A DNA stretch of 64,000 nt from contig OZ024740.1 of NCBI GenBank assembly GCA_964016885.1, positions 119,412,001-119,476,000 of the forward strand. The letters run 5' to 3'. This DNA comes from Eledone cirrhosa (taxonomy: Eukaryota). The position numbers and the translations under genes are program-made. Below the pieces are notes generated by a model, which was not told the DNA's origin, did not search any database, and saw only the letters and a list, made by a program, of their open reading frames with translations. Of the stretch, positions 1 to 12,936 are shown piece by piece (positions within the stretch are counted from its first letter, which is position 1; each line of letters starts with the position of its first letter).

Positions 1-465
1 CCAGCATCGTTGATGTCATTAATGACACTCCGATTAGTTTTACGGTAATGCATAGTTATATCATTATGTAGCAGTTGATGGGAAGTACTGCGTTCCACTT
101 GATATAGATTGTCAGTTTTGTCGGGGTGGACGTGCACGGCACTAGAATCCTTAATAGAACGAATTCTATTCTTCAGGTCCTGCTGGAAGGAATTGCACCT
201 ATTTTGAAATTTGATACTCCGTATGAGTTCCAAGACATCATTTTCGAAGGTTAGAAATGCTGGGTTACTCGGAGGGTTAATGTACATTTTAAACCCAAAT
301 TTATCCTGTTTTGTTGTCCGCTTTTTCCTGATTATCGAAATAAAAGGCATGCCAACGCAACCTTTTAATGAACTTGTCTGTTTTCTGTATCAGGAGTTTT
401 AGGTATGTCTTCCTGTTTGGTACGAGTATGTTCTTAGTAGAAATATTCAGATGTTGTTTCTGCAT
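1..465 (-). pseudogene. N-terminal part of a Naiad-type Penelope-like element ORF (frameshifted; continues beyond window start)
   Basis: Manual minus-strand translation: MQKQHLNISTKNILVPNRKTYLKLLIQKTDKFIKRLRWHAFYF, a frameshift near 310, then KFGFK..FENDVLELIRSIKF..VHPDKTDNLY..LLHNDITMHY. This matches the PLE N-terminal RW / FGFK / DK(T/G) motifs. Confidence 0.8.
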
Positions 466-600
466 GATGAATATATGTCAATAGAGTGCTCAACCGAGGG
501 AGCCAAATAGTAATAATAATAAATTTGAAGACAAAAATCCAAAGAAGGCTCGATAAGGATGAATAAATATCAAATATATAAGAACCGTGGAGCAAATATT

Positions 601-716
601 TATTAAAATAACAGATTAAAGTTTAAGCAAAGAATCGCTGCTTTCACCCTTAACGGGATCTTCTGAAACTAAAAACAATCAATCTGGGAACGTAGAAGTA
701 AATATTTTGAAAAACG
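601..716. repeat. Probable PLE pLTR segment, repeated at ~18820-18934
   Basis: Near-identical 'tattaaaataacagattaaag..aatcgctgctttcacccttaa..gaagtaaatattt' at both sites. Confidence 0.7.
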
Positions 717-1128
717 GTGCAACCGAAGGAAGACAGGAAGAAGATATTTTAAAGATATACGACATGTTTAATAAATAAACATTTTGAAAACACATTTATG
801 AATATTGAAAAGCTGGCAGCTATATTGAGTTCCAGCAGAGAGCAGTGTAATGTAGCACTCTCTTTATAACGACCAGAATCAGAAACGATGTTTGTAGTCG
901 ATAGTTACCCCTCATTTGCTTCTGCTGGAATCCGCTACATGGCGCTACGTCATCAGTTTCCAAATTCATAGCTGAAGGCTCTCAAATCGTTTATTCATAA
1001 ACATACGGTATAGCGCTAGATATACAAAATACTAATACTTATATGTATTATACAGCAATGTTCGAGCGAACACCTTAATTATATATATATATAATATAAG
1101 ATCAAAAGATGGTTAAATGAGTTCCATG

Positions 1129-1199
1129 TATTTTATTATGCGCATTTCAAAAACAAATATCATCATGCAATAATATTTGTGTTTTCATCAGATAAAATA
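1129..1199 (-). ncRNA. Type I hammerhead ribozyme (PLE-associated)
   Basis: Minus strand: tattttat-CTGATGA-[stem II aaacacaaatat..atatttgttttt]-GAAA-t gcgc a-TA^-ataaaata. Complete core, 8-bp stem I, palindromic stem III loop. Confidence 0.85.
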
Positions 1200-1261
1200 G
1201 GAGAACATGATATGAAGGTTAAAAATACTTGTGGATAGTGCAGTTTTAAATCAACACCTCC

Positions 1262-1308
<47 letters not shown>

Positions 1309-1348
1309 GATATTAAATAAATGGAAACTATATTTATAAAACCATATT

Positions 1349-1414
1349 TATTTCATTATATATATTTCAGGGATATCATATTAACAATATGCTATGCCTT
1401 CCTCAGACAAAATA
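1349..1414 (-). ncRNA. Type I hammerhead ribozyme (left palindrome arm)
   Basis: Reverse complement of the 1566-1631 motif. Confidence 0.8.
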
Positions 1415-1565
1415 TAATATAGACAGTTTTATAGATAAATAGATTTGACATACCGTTCAACATCGACTTGTATTTGAAAAGTTGATTTGGCAGATCAACT
1501 TTTCAAATACAAGTCGATGTTGAACGGTATGTCAAATCTATTTATCTATAAAACTGTCTATATTG

Positions 1566-1631
1566 TATTTTGTCTGAGGAAGGCATAGCATATTGTTAAT
1601 ATGATATCCCTGAAATATATATAATGAAATA
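1566..1631 (+). ncRNA. Type I hammerhead ribozyme (right palindrome arm)
   Basis: tattttgt-CTGAGGA-[aggcatagcatattgttaatatgatatccct]-GAAA-t atat a-TA^-atgaaata. Confidence 0.8.
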
Positions 1632-1987
1632 AATATGGTTTTATAAATATAGTTTCCATTTATTTAATATCGTAAATATACTCCAAATACTTGTCGAGTG
1701 CTTTTATATCAGTTATAAATATTTACTAGTTGTAACCCAACAATTTAAATATAACTTTCCATATATATATATATATATATATATACACATGTAAGTGTGC
1801 AGTGGATGCTGTTGCCGTACAGTGAAATGTTAGTTTTGAAGAACGTGCTAAATGCATAATATAAATTTTTAACTCATTTGCTGGGTATTTACCGAAATAC
1901 GTTAGGCAAGAATCTGTTGTAACACATTTAGTTGTAGACACACACGCGCACACACATATATGTGCGTATAAATACACACACACACAC

Positions 1988-2027
<40 letters not shown>

Positions 2028-2077
2028 GCTGCGGTTTAATCAAATATTCAGTTAATCTGTGACTACGAATTGAATTT

Positions 2078-2300
2078 TGCCATTTGAACTCTGTTCATAT
2101 ATATGAACCCCCCCCCCCCTCTCTACTTTCGTTTATTTACTTGGACTACCTTTGATCTTCTGTATATCCCGTTTCTATTTTAGTACTCCTGATAAAGTGA
2201 TAAAGCTCTACACGTCGAACTTTCTTTCCCATTTTCCATACAAAGCATGAATCTAATAAGACTTTTTGTATAGTACTTCTGTTTGTCGTTTCCTTGAACT
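2078..2300 (+). mobile_element. Decayed 3' end of a Neptune-like PLE
   Basis: Shares 'ccatttgaactctgttc' and a similar terminal tract with 12787-12937; has an eroded hammerhead-like core (ctgataa..acgtcg); ends at (TA)n. Confidence 0.5.
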
Positions 2301-2574
2301 ATATATATATTTATATATATATATATAAAGAGTCAGGACCCTGACGGCTGAGCTCCGTCTGTTTTGACAGCTATATCAATTACCCTGTTAGTTTCCCTAT
2401 AACTATAAGCAGCACTAATCACAAGCTCCTATATCGTAATCAATCAAACATTAAATAGATTGGTCCTCTCATCATTTATAGTTTTGGATTTTTAAGAAAT
2501 TTAATATAAACAAATATCTTTTAAAAATAGTACTGCTTCCGGAAATAACTAAATAATGGTTTTTGACTTAAGCA

Positions 2575-2770
2575 TAAAGCCAACAGTTGTGTTGGCGGTG
2601 ATTCGATTAACTCCATCCAATGCGTTATAGTACTTTATTCTATCGATCCCATAGGATTATAAGGAAAAGTTAACTCCGGTGCGATTTGAACTCAGAACGT
2701 AGAGGGACATAACTATATGTCGCAAAGCATGTTGCCCGACACTCTACCGATTCTACCAATCCAACACCTT
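2575..2770 (-). mobile_element. tRNA-derived SINE (diverged)
   Basis: Reverse complement resembles 58262-58438 and includes the B-box 'gagttcaaatcgc'. Confidence 0.7.
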
Positions 2771-3027
2771 GGAAATAATTAAATAATAATAAACAAAAAC
2801 GCCTACATATATATTTAGCAGATTTGTAGTTGCTGTTGATGTTTGACGAAGGGTATTAGTAAATAATTGTTAGATCTAATAACAAGAATGGCCGATTTAC
2901 TTTATATATAAAGGTTTACTTCACTTCAGTCAAAAAGAACAATAAACAAGTTACCATGAGTTGCGAAGGTTGTTGTTGGTTCATGAGGCTGGTGTAGTCT
3001 GCGTCCAAGAGAGAGAGAGAGAGAGAG

Positions 3028-3097
<70 letters not shown>

Positions 3098-3106
3098 TAA
3101 TGGTAT

Positions 3107-3375
3107 GTAGACCTCTGAATGGTCTGTAGTTGAATGTAGACCACTGTGGCCTGTAGATAGCGGTGAATCTTTAACATAGCTTGTAATAGCGTACTGCTCC
3201 GATCGCTCTGTTTGTCTGTAGACCTCTGGGCCTGAAGGTAGCAGTGAATCTTTCACATGGCTTGTCTGTATCATGGTGCTCCGATCTCTCTGTATTTCTG
3301 TAGACCTCTGGGGCCTGAAGGTAGCGGTGAATCTTTCACATGGCTTGTCTGTATCGTGGTGCTCCGATCTCTCTC
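3107..3375. repeat. Tandem repeat, ~82-bp unit x ~3, next to (GA)n
   Basis: Recurring 'tgtagacctctgggcctgaaggtagcggtgaatctttcacatggcttgtctgtatc..gctccgatc'. Confidence 0.8.
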
Positions 3376-4949
3376 AATCTAAGGTGGGAAAATATAGGCT
3401 TTATATACCTGTCGCTTTCTGTCTCCCAACTTGAGGAGATAGCCCACGCATGAACCTGTTCACACCAAAAGAGTGGTGACCTAGAGTTTGACCTTTAGGT
3501 TTCACCCAAGGTTCAAGGCGTAGACAGATCTCGCTACAGATATTGGTCATTAGAACGTTGGATATTTGTTTTCACTAATTGCACAGAGATTCACTTTGTT
3601 TTTCAGGCTTTCGGATCAGTGCAGAGAAGGCGAGAGTGTCACAATATCTGCTTGTGACTGGATCGTCACCTAAATACCTAAGTGAGAGCATGATACATAC
3701 TACAAAGTCATACTCGATTGCAAGTGACGGTTGTAGTTTTACTATAAATTGATAAAACATCATGTGATATAGAATTCCATTCGAAATATATTTTATATCA
3801 TATAATAAAAGATGAGATTTTCTTATGAGTTTCGCCTTTTGATGGCGTTACTGATTGTTCTTTGGGTTCAGAGTCTATTTCTTTTATAGTCTTGAATACT
3901 GGTCACGACCATTGTGTGAGTTCTATTTTGAATGGTCTATTGGTTGCGGAAGGAGGTTGGTGAAATCTATTTGATTGTAAACCATAAGTTTTATTGTTTT
4001 CAATCAGCACCACTGACTGACAGTTTGGTAGTGAGCGTGGGTGGGAAAGAAGAATATATATTGCAGGTGTGGAGTATATATGTTTATATGCATATGTGTG
4101 TATGTGTACTTCAGTGTGCATCTTTGTACATATGTGTCACCAGTTATGTCTGAATGCTTGTTTGAATTGTATGTATTTTTGATGTGTGCGCGTGCGGTTT
4201 TTATTAATGTGTGTGAAAAGTTGGTATGGTTAGAAGAATTTTAATGTAAGTTATTTTTAGAAATTTGTAATGTGAGGCTGGATTTGGAATCACAAGGAAA
4301 TGTTAAAGTAGAAGAAATGATAGAATTCTATGTGGATGGGAATCGTAGTAATTGTGGCTTAGAATGTTATGTGGGCTGATAATCTACAGAATATGACTTA
4401 AAATAAGCTAATCTTAAATTTGGCGCCATAATCTCAGATTTGTCTTCAATTTGTTGACGAATCCTAGCCGATTTCGTTGGTGCTTGTCTACACCTAAGGA
4501 TTGAAACTTTCCTCACGCTATATGGTTAATAACCCTGCCTCCTGGGGTTCAAGAAGGACCACGCTCGCCTACAGTTTCTATTTTATTTTTTCCTCTATTA
4601 ATCCCTAAACGAATCCTAGGGCCACACAAATATTGAGGTAGGACTCCGGCCTTGCCTTTTTTTCCCTTGGATTTTCCACATTTCTTCAATTACTCCTTGG
4701 AAATATAATTCTTATATGTTTCTTATCATATTCTATGTCTTTGAGCGACTATCAATTTTGTGAGACATATTATGCGTTGGCAGAGTCTAATCTTAGGACT
4801 TTCCCTATACCACACATTTGGTTCTTTGCCCTTTATTTCTACTTCTGTACCATTTCTTGTTTACTTAATAATAATCTATCTCCAGCCTCAATTTTACTTT
4901 ACCTTTCGTTCATATGTCAACACTAATTCTTGACTAATTCTACACACTG

Positions 4950-5135
4950 GTCATTGCGGCAGTATCGGTAGAGCGTTAGACACCATGCTTTACAGCATAG
5001 AGTTATGACCCTTTACATTCTGAGTTCAAATCCCGTCGAGGTTAGCTTTGCTTTTAATCCTTACGAGGTCGATAAAATAAATTACCAGTAATGCACTGGG
5101 GTATTGCTAGTCTTGTGCCAAGAGTAAAAACAATT
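4950..5135 (+). mobile_element. tRNA-derived SINE
   Basis: A-box-like 'ggcagtatcgg' and B-box 'gagttcaaatccc'; colinear with 58262-58438. Confidence 0.85.
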
Positions 5136-5171
5136 ATTCTTATTCTATAACTACTACTATTACTACTACCA

Positions 5172-5445
5172 TTGTTACTGGGGCCAACTGCCACTCCTAA
5201 CAAACTAAAGTATCATCGGTCATTGTTGCTATCGAAAACAATTCCATCTCACACAGCAACACCTCCCATACCATCCTCCGGGAAAACGCCTTCTCCATTC
5301 TGTCCGCCGGGGCTGTGCGTAGGCCAGCACGTGGGACCCCATTTGCTTACCATACAGAGAGATGGGGAGGGCGAGAGAGATGTAGGCGATGACAGTCGGA
5401 GTTCGGCTCTTCCAGGGTGGACTATATCCTTGTGTTGTGTTCACT
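5172..5445 (+). mobile_element. 3' remnant of a CRE-clade non-LTR retrotransposon, flanked by (CTA)n
   Basis: Encodes TILRENAFSILSAG, homologous to the C-terminus TVIRGNIFSILSA of the 16024-16392 ORF. Confidence 0.55.
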
Positions 5446-6997
5446 ACTACTACTATTTCCACATTTTATAAAATGTTTCCTCATTAAGGTCAGTCCCTGA
5501 CTGACTTGATGCCTTAACAAGTTGAAGGCAATTCTTAGTCCATCAAATTGAAATGACTTGATGTTATGGTGAAGCTAATTCTGACCAATAGGTGGTGACC
5601 TTATAAACTCCTTTTGCTGATGCCTTCAGGTTGTTTATTCTGAGTGATATGTTACCGGTGCTTTGAGAAAGCAACGCCAAATATCAGCCTGGCGTCTGTC
5701 AATGTATCGAAACACAAAACAGCGTTTATGAATACTTTCATTATAAATATACTTCGGAGTAAACAGACTAACTTGTGTCTTTCATCGAGTGCTCTACCCT
5801 GCCTACTAAAGTATCGGTAATAAATTAAGACACGCACGCACACAACACACACACACAAACACATACACACACATATATATATTTATTTATTTATCTATAT
5901 TTATGTCTGTGCGTATATGTCAAATATACCAGCCTACCAACCAGGCAATCACGTGTTTAACATTTATTTGGCCACGAGCCCAGTGGTCGATCTAGGAAAA
6001 TGTGAATTGATGGCGCCGAGGTAATTCTGACGTCACATGACATTACGCCAGAGAAGGCTTTCCAAATGCACAGCACAATATTTTTTCTTCCAACACCTCC
6101 AAGTGGAAAGATATATCAATAAATAATTTACATGTGTGCATGTATACACTACTTTTAATATAGCCAAGAGTCACTCCAATTGTATAGATGGAAGCTATAG
6201 TGACTGTACAGGTAATTCAAATATCTAAATTTTTTTCGCACACAAATGCTGAGTTTACTGGATACTTATTTCAATGGTATATATGTCTCAGCTAGTTTGC
6301 ATGATAATTCAGTTATTACACGATGCGTGTGTTCGAAAATTCGAACTCCCATAAGTTGTTCTAGAAAAAAGAGTCCATCATAAACACGCACACACACACA
6401 CCTATATATATAGAGAGAGGGAGAGTGAGAAAGAGAGGTCACATCTACAGTGTTTGAATTAAAGGTTTCATTCTGAAACAATAGCGTGTACATTTTCCCC
6501 GTGTTTCTGTACACAGAAAAACATACAACTGTCTTTATGCATTTCGGAAATAATTTTTTCAACAATAGGAAATGGAATTTATTGGTAAATCTTTGTATAG
6601 CATCTTTATATATGTGAATATGTGAAGCAGGATGTAAAGTGTAGCAAAGATTATCAGTTTAATTTGTATGACATGCATGCGTTTGGCAACGTAATTAATT
6701 AAATAATAAATACTTATGCTAGAATATAGCATTCATTAAATTATTTAACATAGATCCATATATATATATATATATATACGGGGTAACAGATAATAGTTAT
6801 ATGCAGTCCACTTAGGTGTAGTCCAGTTATGGTATTCCGGGTAGTGGATGATATCAACGCTTGGCTAAGTTTCACTCAACAAGGCGTTTTCATAGTGATG
6901 TTGAGAGTATGCTGAAATTCCTATGTTGTAAACACTTGGAGTAATATAAATCAGGAAAGAAGATTGACACGGTTTGCTATACAAAAAAGGTTTTTAA

Positions 6998-7118
6998 TCT
7001 CATTGCTGACAATTGTTTCTCTGAACTGGTAGGTCTAGAGATCGATATTCGCTTGTTTTCACGTTACTCGATCGCCAATACAAAATTATAACCAGTCAGT
7101 TCTTCGGAGCATGCGAGA
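6998..7118 (-). ncRNA. Atypical hammerhead with long stem II and CCGAAGA core
   Basis: Reverse complement of 13471-13591. Confidence 0.6.
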
Positions 7119-7575
7119 ATGAAGAGGATATACAGGCTACTATATGAAGTAGTAATGGCATTCAGTTAGAACAATAACAACAATTACAACAATGCTAGTT
7201 ATAAATTATTTGAGATGATCCTGACATTATACTAGGTGTGTGTGTGTGTGGGGGGGGGGGGGTATAGTGTATCTAAGATTTTGGCGTGTAAAACTAGCTG
7301 ACATGAAGCAGAAGTATAAAGTTGACATGTAAAGCGTGTCGTAGGGTGTATTATATCAATTTTAAAAATAAGCCGGTGTTTATAAACAATGTAGGTCAGA
7401 TGGCCGTAATGTTCAGTTTTTATCTGACCGACGAAGCATTTATCACTGAGTAGAATTTGTGTGGTCTACATTAGATGAGAATGTAGTCTTTCTTTTCCAT
7501 CCTCAATAACATACACGTATAGGACAATACTGTCAAAGCTAAATAATGGGCAAGTTAATACAGAGGTTAAGGAGG

Positions 7576-7646
<71 letters not shown>

Positions 7647-7980
7647 CACACACGCACGTGCACACAGACATATACATACACATCAATACACTCTCGTACA
7701 AATACATACATACATGCAAAGAGAAAAAACATGCTGACTATAATTATGGCAAGAGGAAGGTAAAGTTACATTGTAGTAGTGTTTTGAAACATTCTTGGAT
7801 TTAGGATCAAGTGGTGGCAGCAGCTGAGAAGGAATAAATTTATGGGTTGATGAGGTACTTACAGACATTTGTGTGGTATAGAACTGAGAAGGCTAGAATG
7901 TACTTAATGAGTATATTTCTGTGGTGATTCATGCGGGGTTGTGGGTATCCTGGTTTAAAGCTATGTTATGTTGGTTCGAT

Positions 7981-9430
7981 TCACGGAGGTTTGAATCTTA
8001 TGAATTTAGTGGCAATTCTATGTCTGCAGAATATAGATCTTTCTAAGTTATTGTTAAGTAGCCTTTTTACATTTTAAGGATATACATTAGTTCTAGATTA
8101 CATAGCCCGCAGTGGGACATACCTCTACTATAGGTTTTAGCAGCCGACAACCTCGACCAGTTAATACTGTAGTTAGTGTTGTTGTCCCTCAGTTCCCATA
8201 TTTTTTTGGCGAGGGTTGTGGAACCCATAAGTGCACGATTTTTCATCGAGTGCCTGTGCACATACCATCTTTTTTTAAAAGAACCCGCGGTGGATTCAAT
8301 GTAATTCCAGGTGGAGTTATCCGAGTTGGCCGTGCACATGTACACTAGGCTCGAATCGAGACATCTATTCGCCAATGGGCACCTATCCGGTAGGTGACAG
8401 TTATAGTTTGAGGTGCAATTTTGTGCAGCTTCTACATTGCTGTTTAGTACTATGTTATAGGTAGGTTGTGATTTATGTCCATTGGGGTTCTGCTGCTGCG
8501 CGTTTGTATGCGCTTGCGGTTGTGATACTGTGATGTGTTTATGCTTATAATTTGGTGCTACGTTGCGCATAGGTGCGGCTGATTTACTAGAGATATTTCT
8601 GTGGTTGATCTTGCGTATGTGCGATTCTATATTTGCTGCCATCGAGTATGAGAATTTTATAGTATTTCTATTGAGTATTTTATGATATCTATGTGAAATA
8701 GGGAAGTGTTTATCTATTAGTTTAAAGAATGTTGAAGGCAGTCTGGTTTTTATAGAGGAGTTGAAGATTGTGTTGAACCATAGGTATTTTCTTTCTCTGA
8801 TTCTTCTATTGTTTCTTGGGTTTACGTTATTAGTGTTTTGACCGTTCACTCCGGGTGCTACGTTCCTAACCCTATGTCTAGTCCAGTTACTTCTATTATT
8901 GTGTGAGCGGTTGGTGTAGTTGCTATTAAGATTGTTTACGTTGTCTTTATTCACTATATACTGCAGTTTATCTTTATGTCCGGCCCTACGTAATGCTGCA
9001 TTTTAATAGTTAGCATGTTCGTTAAAGATTTCTAGGTTAGAGGATAAGCGGGATATTCGAAGGTATATACTACGTGCTATGGATCTGATTATGGATTTGG
9101 GGTGGTTTGAGTTATAACTAATGTAGGCTAGATTTTCATTATTTTTGTGGAAAGGTTCTATTAATCCCGTATTTAGATTTAGAGTCACATCTAGAAAGTT
9201 TACCTTCTGATGGTTCAGTTCGTAGGTAATGCTTAGGCCTAGTTTTTTGAAGAATATTCTAATGTTTTTTCTTAATTTTTCCATGCTCTGGTTGTTTAAG
9301 TTCTTAGCTATAAGTAGCGTGTCGTCCCTATAAATTCCTCCTTGGAGGTTACTGAATTCCTTATGTAGGTTGCGTGCTATGCATAGCCCCACGATATCTG
9401 TGATTTGCGCAGAGTCACTTGATCCCATTA
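7981..9430 (-). pseudogene. PLE reverse transcriptase / GIY-YIG endonuclease, disrupted
   Basis: ORFs 9003-9488 and 8067-8954 are in the same frame, separated by one TAA (HANY*NAALRRAGH). A frameshift near 8060 precedes ..FCRHRIATKFIRFKPP*. Confidence 0.88.
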
Positions 9431-9710
9431 AGTACATTCTAGCCTTCTCAGTTCTATACCACACAAATGTCTGTAAGTACCTCATCAACCCATAAACTTA
9501 TTTCTTCTCAGCTGCTGTCATCACATGATCCTAAATCCAAGAATTTTTCAAAACACTACTACAATGTAACTTTATCTTCCTCTTGCCATAATTATAGTCA
9601 GCATATTTTTCCCTTTGCATGTATGTATGTATTTGTACGAGAGTGTATTGATGTGTATGTATATGTCTGTGTGCACGTGCGTGTGTGTCTATATATGTGT
9701 GTATATATAT

Positions 9711-11291
9711 AACCCGACAACCCCGGCCGCCTCATCGTCTCCGCTTGCAACTGCCCCACCGAACTCATGTCCGCCTTTCTCGACTCCATCCTCGCCCCCC
9801 TTGTCACCACCCTCCCCTCCCACATCTCCGACACCACCCTCCCCTCCCACATCTCGAACACCAAACACGCCCTGCGCCTTTTCGACTCCTTCACCTACCC
9901 ACCCGGCCCACAGCCCTTCCTCTTCACCCTAGACATCAAGTCCCTCTATACCGTCATCCCCTACGCCGACGGCCTACGCGCCCTCAAACACTACCTCGAC
10001 CTTCGCCCCTCCCCCATTCCCTCCACCCCCACCCTCCTTCGCCTCGCCGAGCTGGTCCTCACCCTGAATTGTTTCTCCTTCTCGGGTGAGTTTTACCAAC
10101 AGGTCACGGGGGTAGCCATGGGTACAAGAACGGGCCCAAACTATGCCAACCTTTTTGTTGGCCATGTTGAGGCCCAAATCTTTTCCCAGTACACCGGCCC
10201 CTCGCCCGAACTGTACGGTCGTTACATTGACGACTGTATCGGAGCCACGACCCTCACCCGAGAACAGCTCGACTCCTTTCTCTCCTTCTTCTGCTCCTTC
10301 CACTCCTCCCTCCACTTCACCACCTTTATCTCCACCACCCACGTCCACTTCTTAGACATCTCCGTCGCCTTCGACCCCTCCCACCACTCCCTCGTCACCT
10401 CCGCCTTCTTCAAACCCACCAACTCCCACTCTTACCTCGACTTCACCTCTTCCCACCCCACCCACACTAAACACTCCATTCCCTACTCCCAACTTCTCAG
10501 GATCCGCCGCCTCTGTAGCCGAGATGCTGACTTTGAGTCCCAGGCCCTTTCCCTAGACAGCCATTTCATCCGCAGAGGTTACCCCCCTCTCTCGTCCACA
10601 CCGCTCTCACCCACGCCCGTGCTGTCTCCCGCACCACCACCCTCACCCCACGCCACCGCACACCCACCCACCGTCTCCCCTTCCCCATCACCTACCACCC
10701 CTCCACCTTACCCCTCCACCTTACCCCTCCACCGCACCATCCGCCGCCTCTTCCGACGCCTCCAGTCCGACCCCTCCACCTCCCACATCTTCCCAACCCC
10801 ACAACTACCTCCTTCAAACGGGCACGCAATCAACGCACCCTCCTCGTCCACAGCTCCCTACCCCCCAACCCACGCTCTGTTTCCCCCCCGGTTCCTTTCC
10901 CTGTTCTAGGCCCCGCTGCAACACCTGTCCCCACATCACCAACACCACTACCTTCCAGGGTCCCAACGGCCACTCTCTCTCTCTGTCCGGCATGCCTTCC
11001 GCTGCACCTCCTCCAACCTAGTCTACGGACAGCGCGACTTATGTCGGACAGACGGGACGTCGCCTGGCGGACCGATTCACTGAGCACCTCCGGGATATTC
11101 GTCTCGGGGGTAGTTCCCCCATCGCCCGCCACTTTGGTGACCCTGGACATTCCGCACGCCATCTCACAGTCTGGGGTCTACTCCAGTGCCACGGAACACC
11201 CGCCAATCGCCTTAGAGTCGAACAAAGAACTATCTTCATCTTACAGACCCACATTCCCCCCGGCCTGAACTCCCCACCCTTATTCCTTTAG
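9711..11291 (+). pseudogene. PLE RT-endonuclease, frameshifted
   Basis: ORF 9767-10909 is RT up to IRRGYP and then out of frame; the endonuclease is recovered in other frames. Confidence 0.85.
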
Positions 11292-12811
11292 CCTTCTACC
11301 CCCCCCCCCCCCCCGCCCCTCCCAAACACTTATCCCCCACTAACACCACTAACACCCCCCCCGTTTTCACCGCCCACCCCACAACTAGCAATACTAACAC
11401 CTCCACTCCACCCCTCATCTGACCACCCTTCCCCAACTAACATACTAACATCCCTCCCTTCTTCTCCTCCTCCCCCTCCTTATCACACGCACACACCCAC
11501 CGGCACATATATACACGCGCTCACACTAAACACACACCCTACTACCACCACTAACCCTCACCCCACACCTCTCACCCCCACACCTCCATCCCACCACCCC
11601 GCAACTAACCTCACTAACACCCCCTGACCCCAAGCACACGAACACACGCACCCACTTACACCACCCACCCCACACGCAACTAACATCACTAATCCCCCAA
11701 CCCCACGCACACGTACCCACACACCCTCGTACACCACCAACTCTACACACCCTACCACCACTAACCCCCACTCACACCTGCATTCAACCCTTCCCCACCT
11801 CCCGTATACTAACACCCACTAACACCCCTTCATCCAACTACACACACACCAGTACACCACACTCCCTCCATAGAACTACACACACCCTCCTCTCCCCGCT
11901 CCACCCACACCCTCGCTCCACACTCACTCATCCCACTAACACCTCTACTAATACACACACACACACCATCCCCACTCCAACTTTCACACCTACCCATCCT
12001 CGCCCCTTTACCATTCCACAGACTGCTGCTATGCCCTCTGACCACCTCTCAGCACAAACAGACACACAGCACTCCCACTGCTTGACCACTTCCTGTTGCG
12101 CGCGCACCCCACATCTCTCCTCTTCCGACCATCGCTTCATGGAATACTCGTACGTAGAACTTGACCACCACAGAATCCACTAAACATCATAGGATTTTAC
12201 CAACTTTTCAACCATCCTCTTACGTAATCACCTATATAACTCACCCACACACACACCCCAAAAACATTTTTTTCTCCACACGCCACCTACACCCACAACA
12301 CGCTTAAACCCCACACACGTGCTTTCCACCACATATTTACACCCTCAGCCTCCTGATTCCTCTCCCCCCACCACTCTATCCACACACGCACAGACACTCC
12401 GACCTACAACCCCCCCCCACTCACACACACACACCTCTTCCTGAACATGCAACCCCGTTCTTCCCCCAACCCTTACTTTCACATACACACACACACACAC
12501 ACGTACACCTACACACACACACCACCTTCAGCCCTCCCCGCTCGGACACCCCGTCTCCCTCTCCCCACTCCACTCGCCACCACCCCTACATCCCCCAGAC
12601 CCTTCCACCACCTGTTTTACCCCCCTTTTAATTTCAGTTTAGTTTATTTTGATCATGCTTTTATATTTAAATTTATTTCATTCCTTGTATTTTGATCATG
12701 CTTTATTTTTATTTTTATTTTTATTTTTAATTTCATTCGCACCGTTTCCTTTCGCTATATGTGTCTCTCCACCACTCCCCTACACACCATTTGAACTCTG
12801 TTCCCACACAC

Positions 12812-12850
12812 TTCTCACCTGAGGAAGGGCTTATGCCCGAAACGTCGTTC
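12812..12850 (+). ncRNA. Minimal hammerhead-like motif of the Neptune-type element
   Basis: CTGAGGA-a-gggc ttat gccc-GAAA-cgtc; stem II is perfect, stems I and III are weak. Confidence 0.65.
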
Positions 12851-12936
12851 CCCACCAACACCCCACTCTCCGGAGCGTGAAATTAATAAACATTCGTTGT
12901 ACTGCCTCTCTGTTTTGTTCCTGTTCAAATTTTTCC

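Larger units (their letters stand above)
1306..1674. repeat. ~369-bp near-perfect palindrome (inverted pLTR pair)
   Basis: Arms 1306-1489 and 1491-1674 are reverse complements with only about two mismatches seen; centre at 1490. Confidence 0.95.
6780..9430 (-). mobile_element. Naiad-type Penelope-like element (5'-truncated RT + GIY-YIG endonuclease + 3' pLTR)
   Basis: RT motifs MGSSDSAQ, GIYRDD, FLDV and SNHP; endonuclease NC..CPL..C-LVY..YIEST..CGLC; C-terminal CRHR; flanked by (TA)n. Confidence 0.9.

Noticed and set aside
630-670. Hammerhead-like CAGAAGA..GAAA on the minus strand (also ~18860)
   Set aside because: Core mismatch and no usable stem I, stem III or cleavage triplet.
3107-3375. 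CRISPR-like array
   Set aside because: Units are wholly repeated with no unique spacers, and the context is eukaryotic.
2825-3538. Solo LTR (TGTAG..CTACA, TATA-like on the minus strand)
   Set aside because: No matching TSD and no internal domain; only the tandem repeat is reported.
3690-4930. Possible decayed PLE coding fragments
   Set aside because: Motifs too eroded to support a call.
8067-9430. Selenocysteine recoding, reported for some Naiad PLEs
   Set aside because: The internal stop is TAA, not TGA, and the conserved Cys positions are ordinary codons.
9431-9488. N-terminus MMRYLQTFVW.. of ORF 9003-9488
   Set aside because: Derived from the inverted pLTR; the RT begins at MGSSDS.
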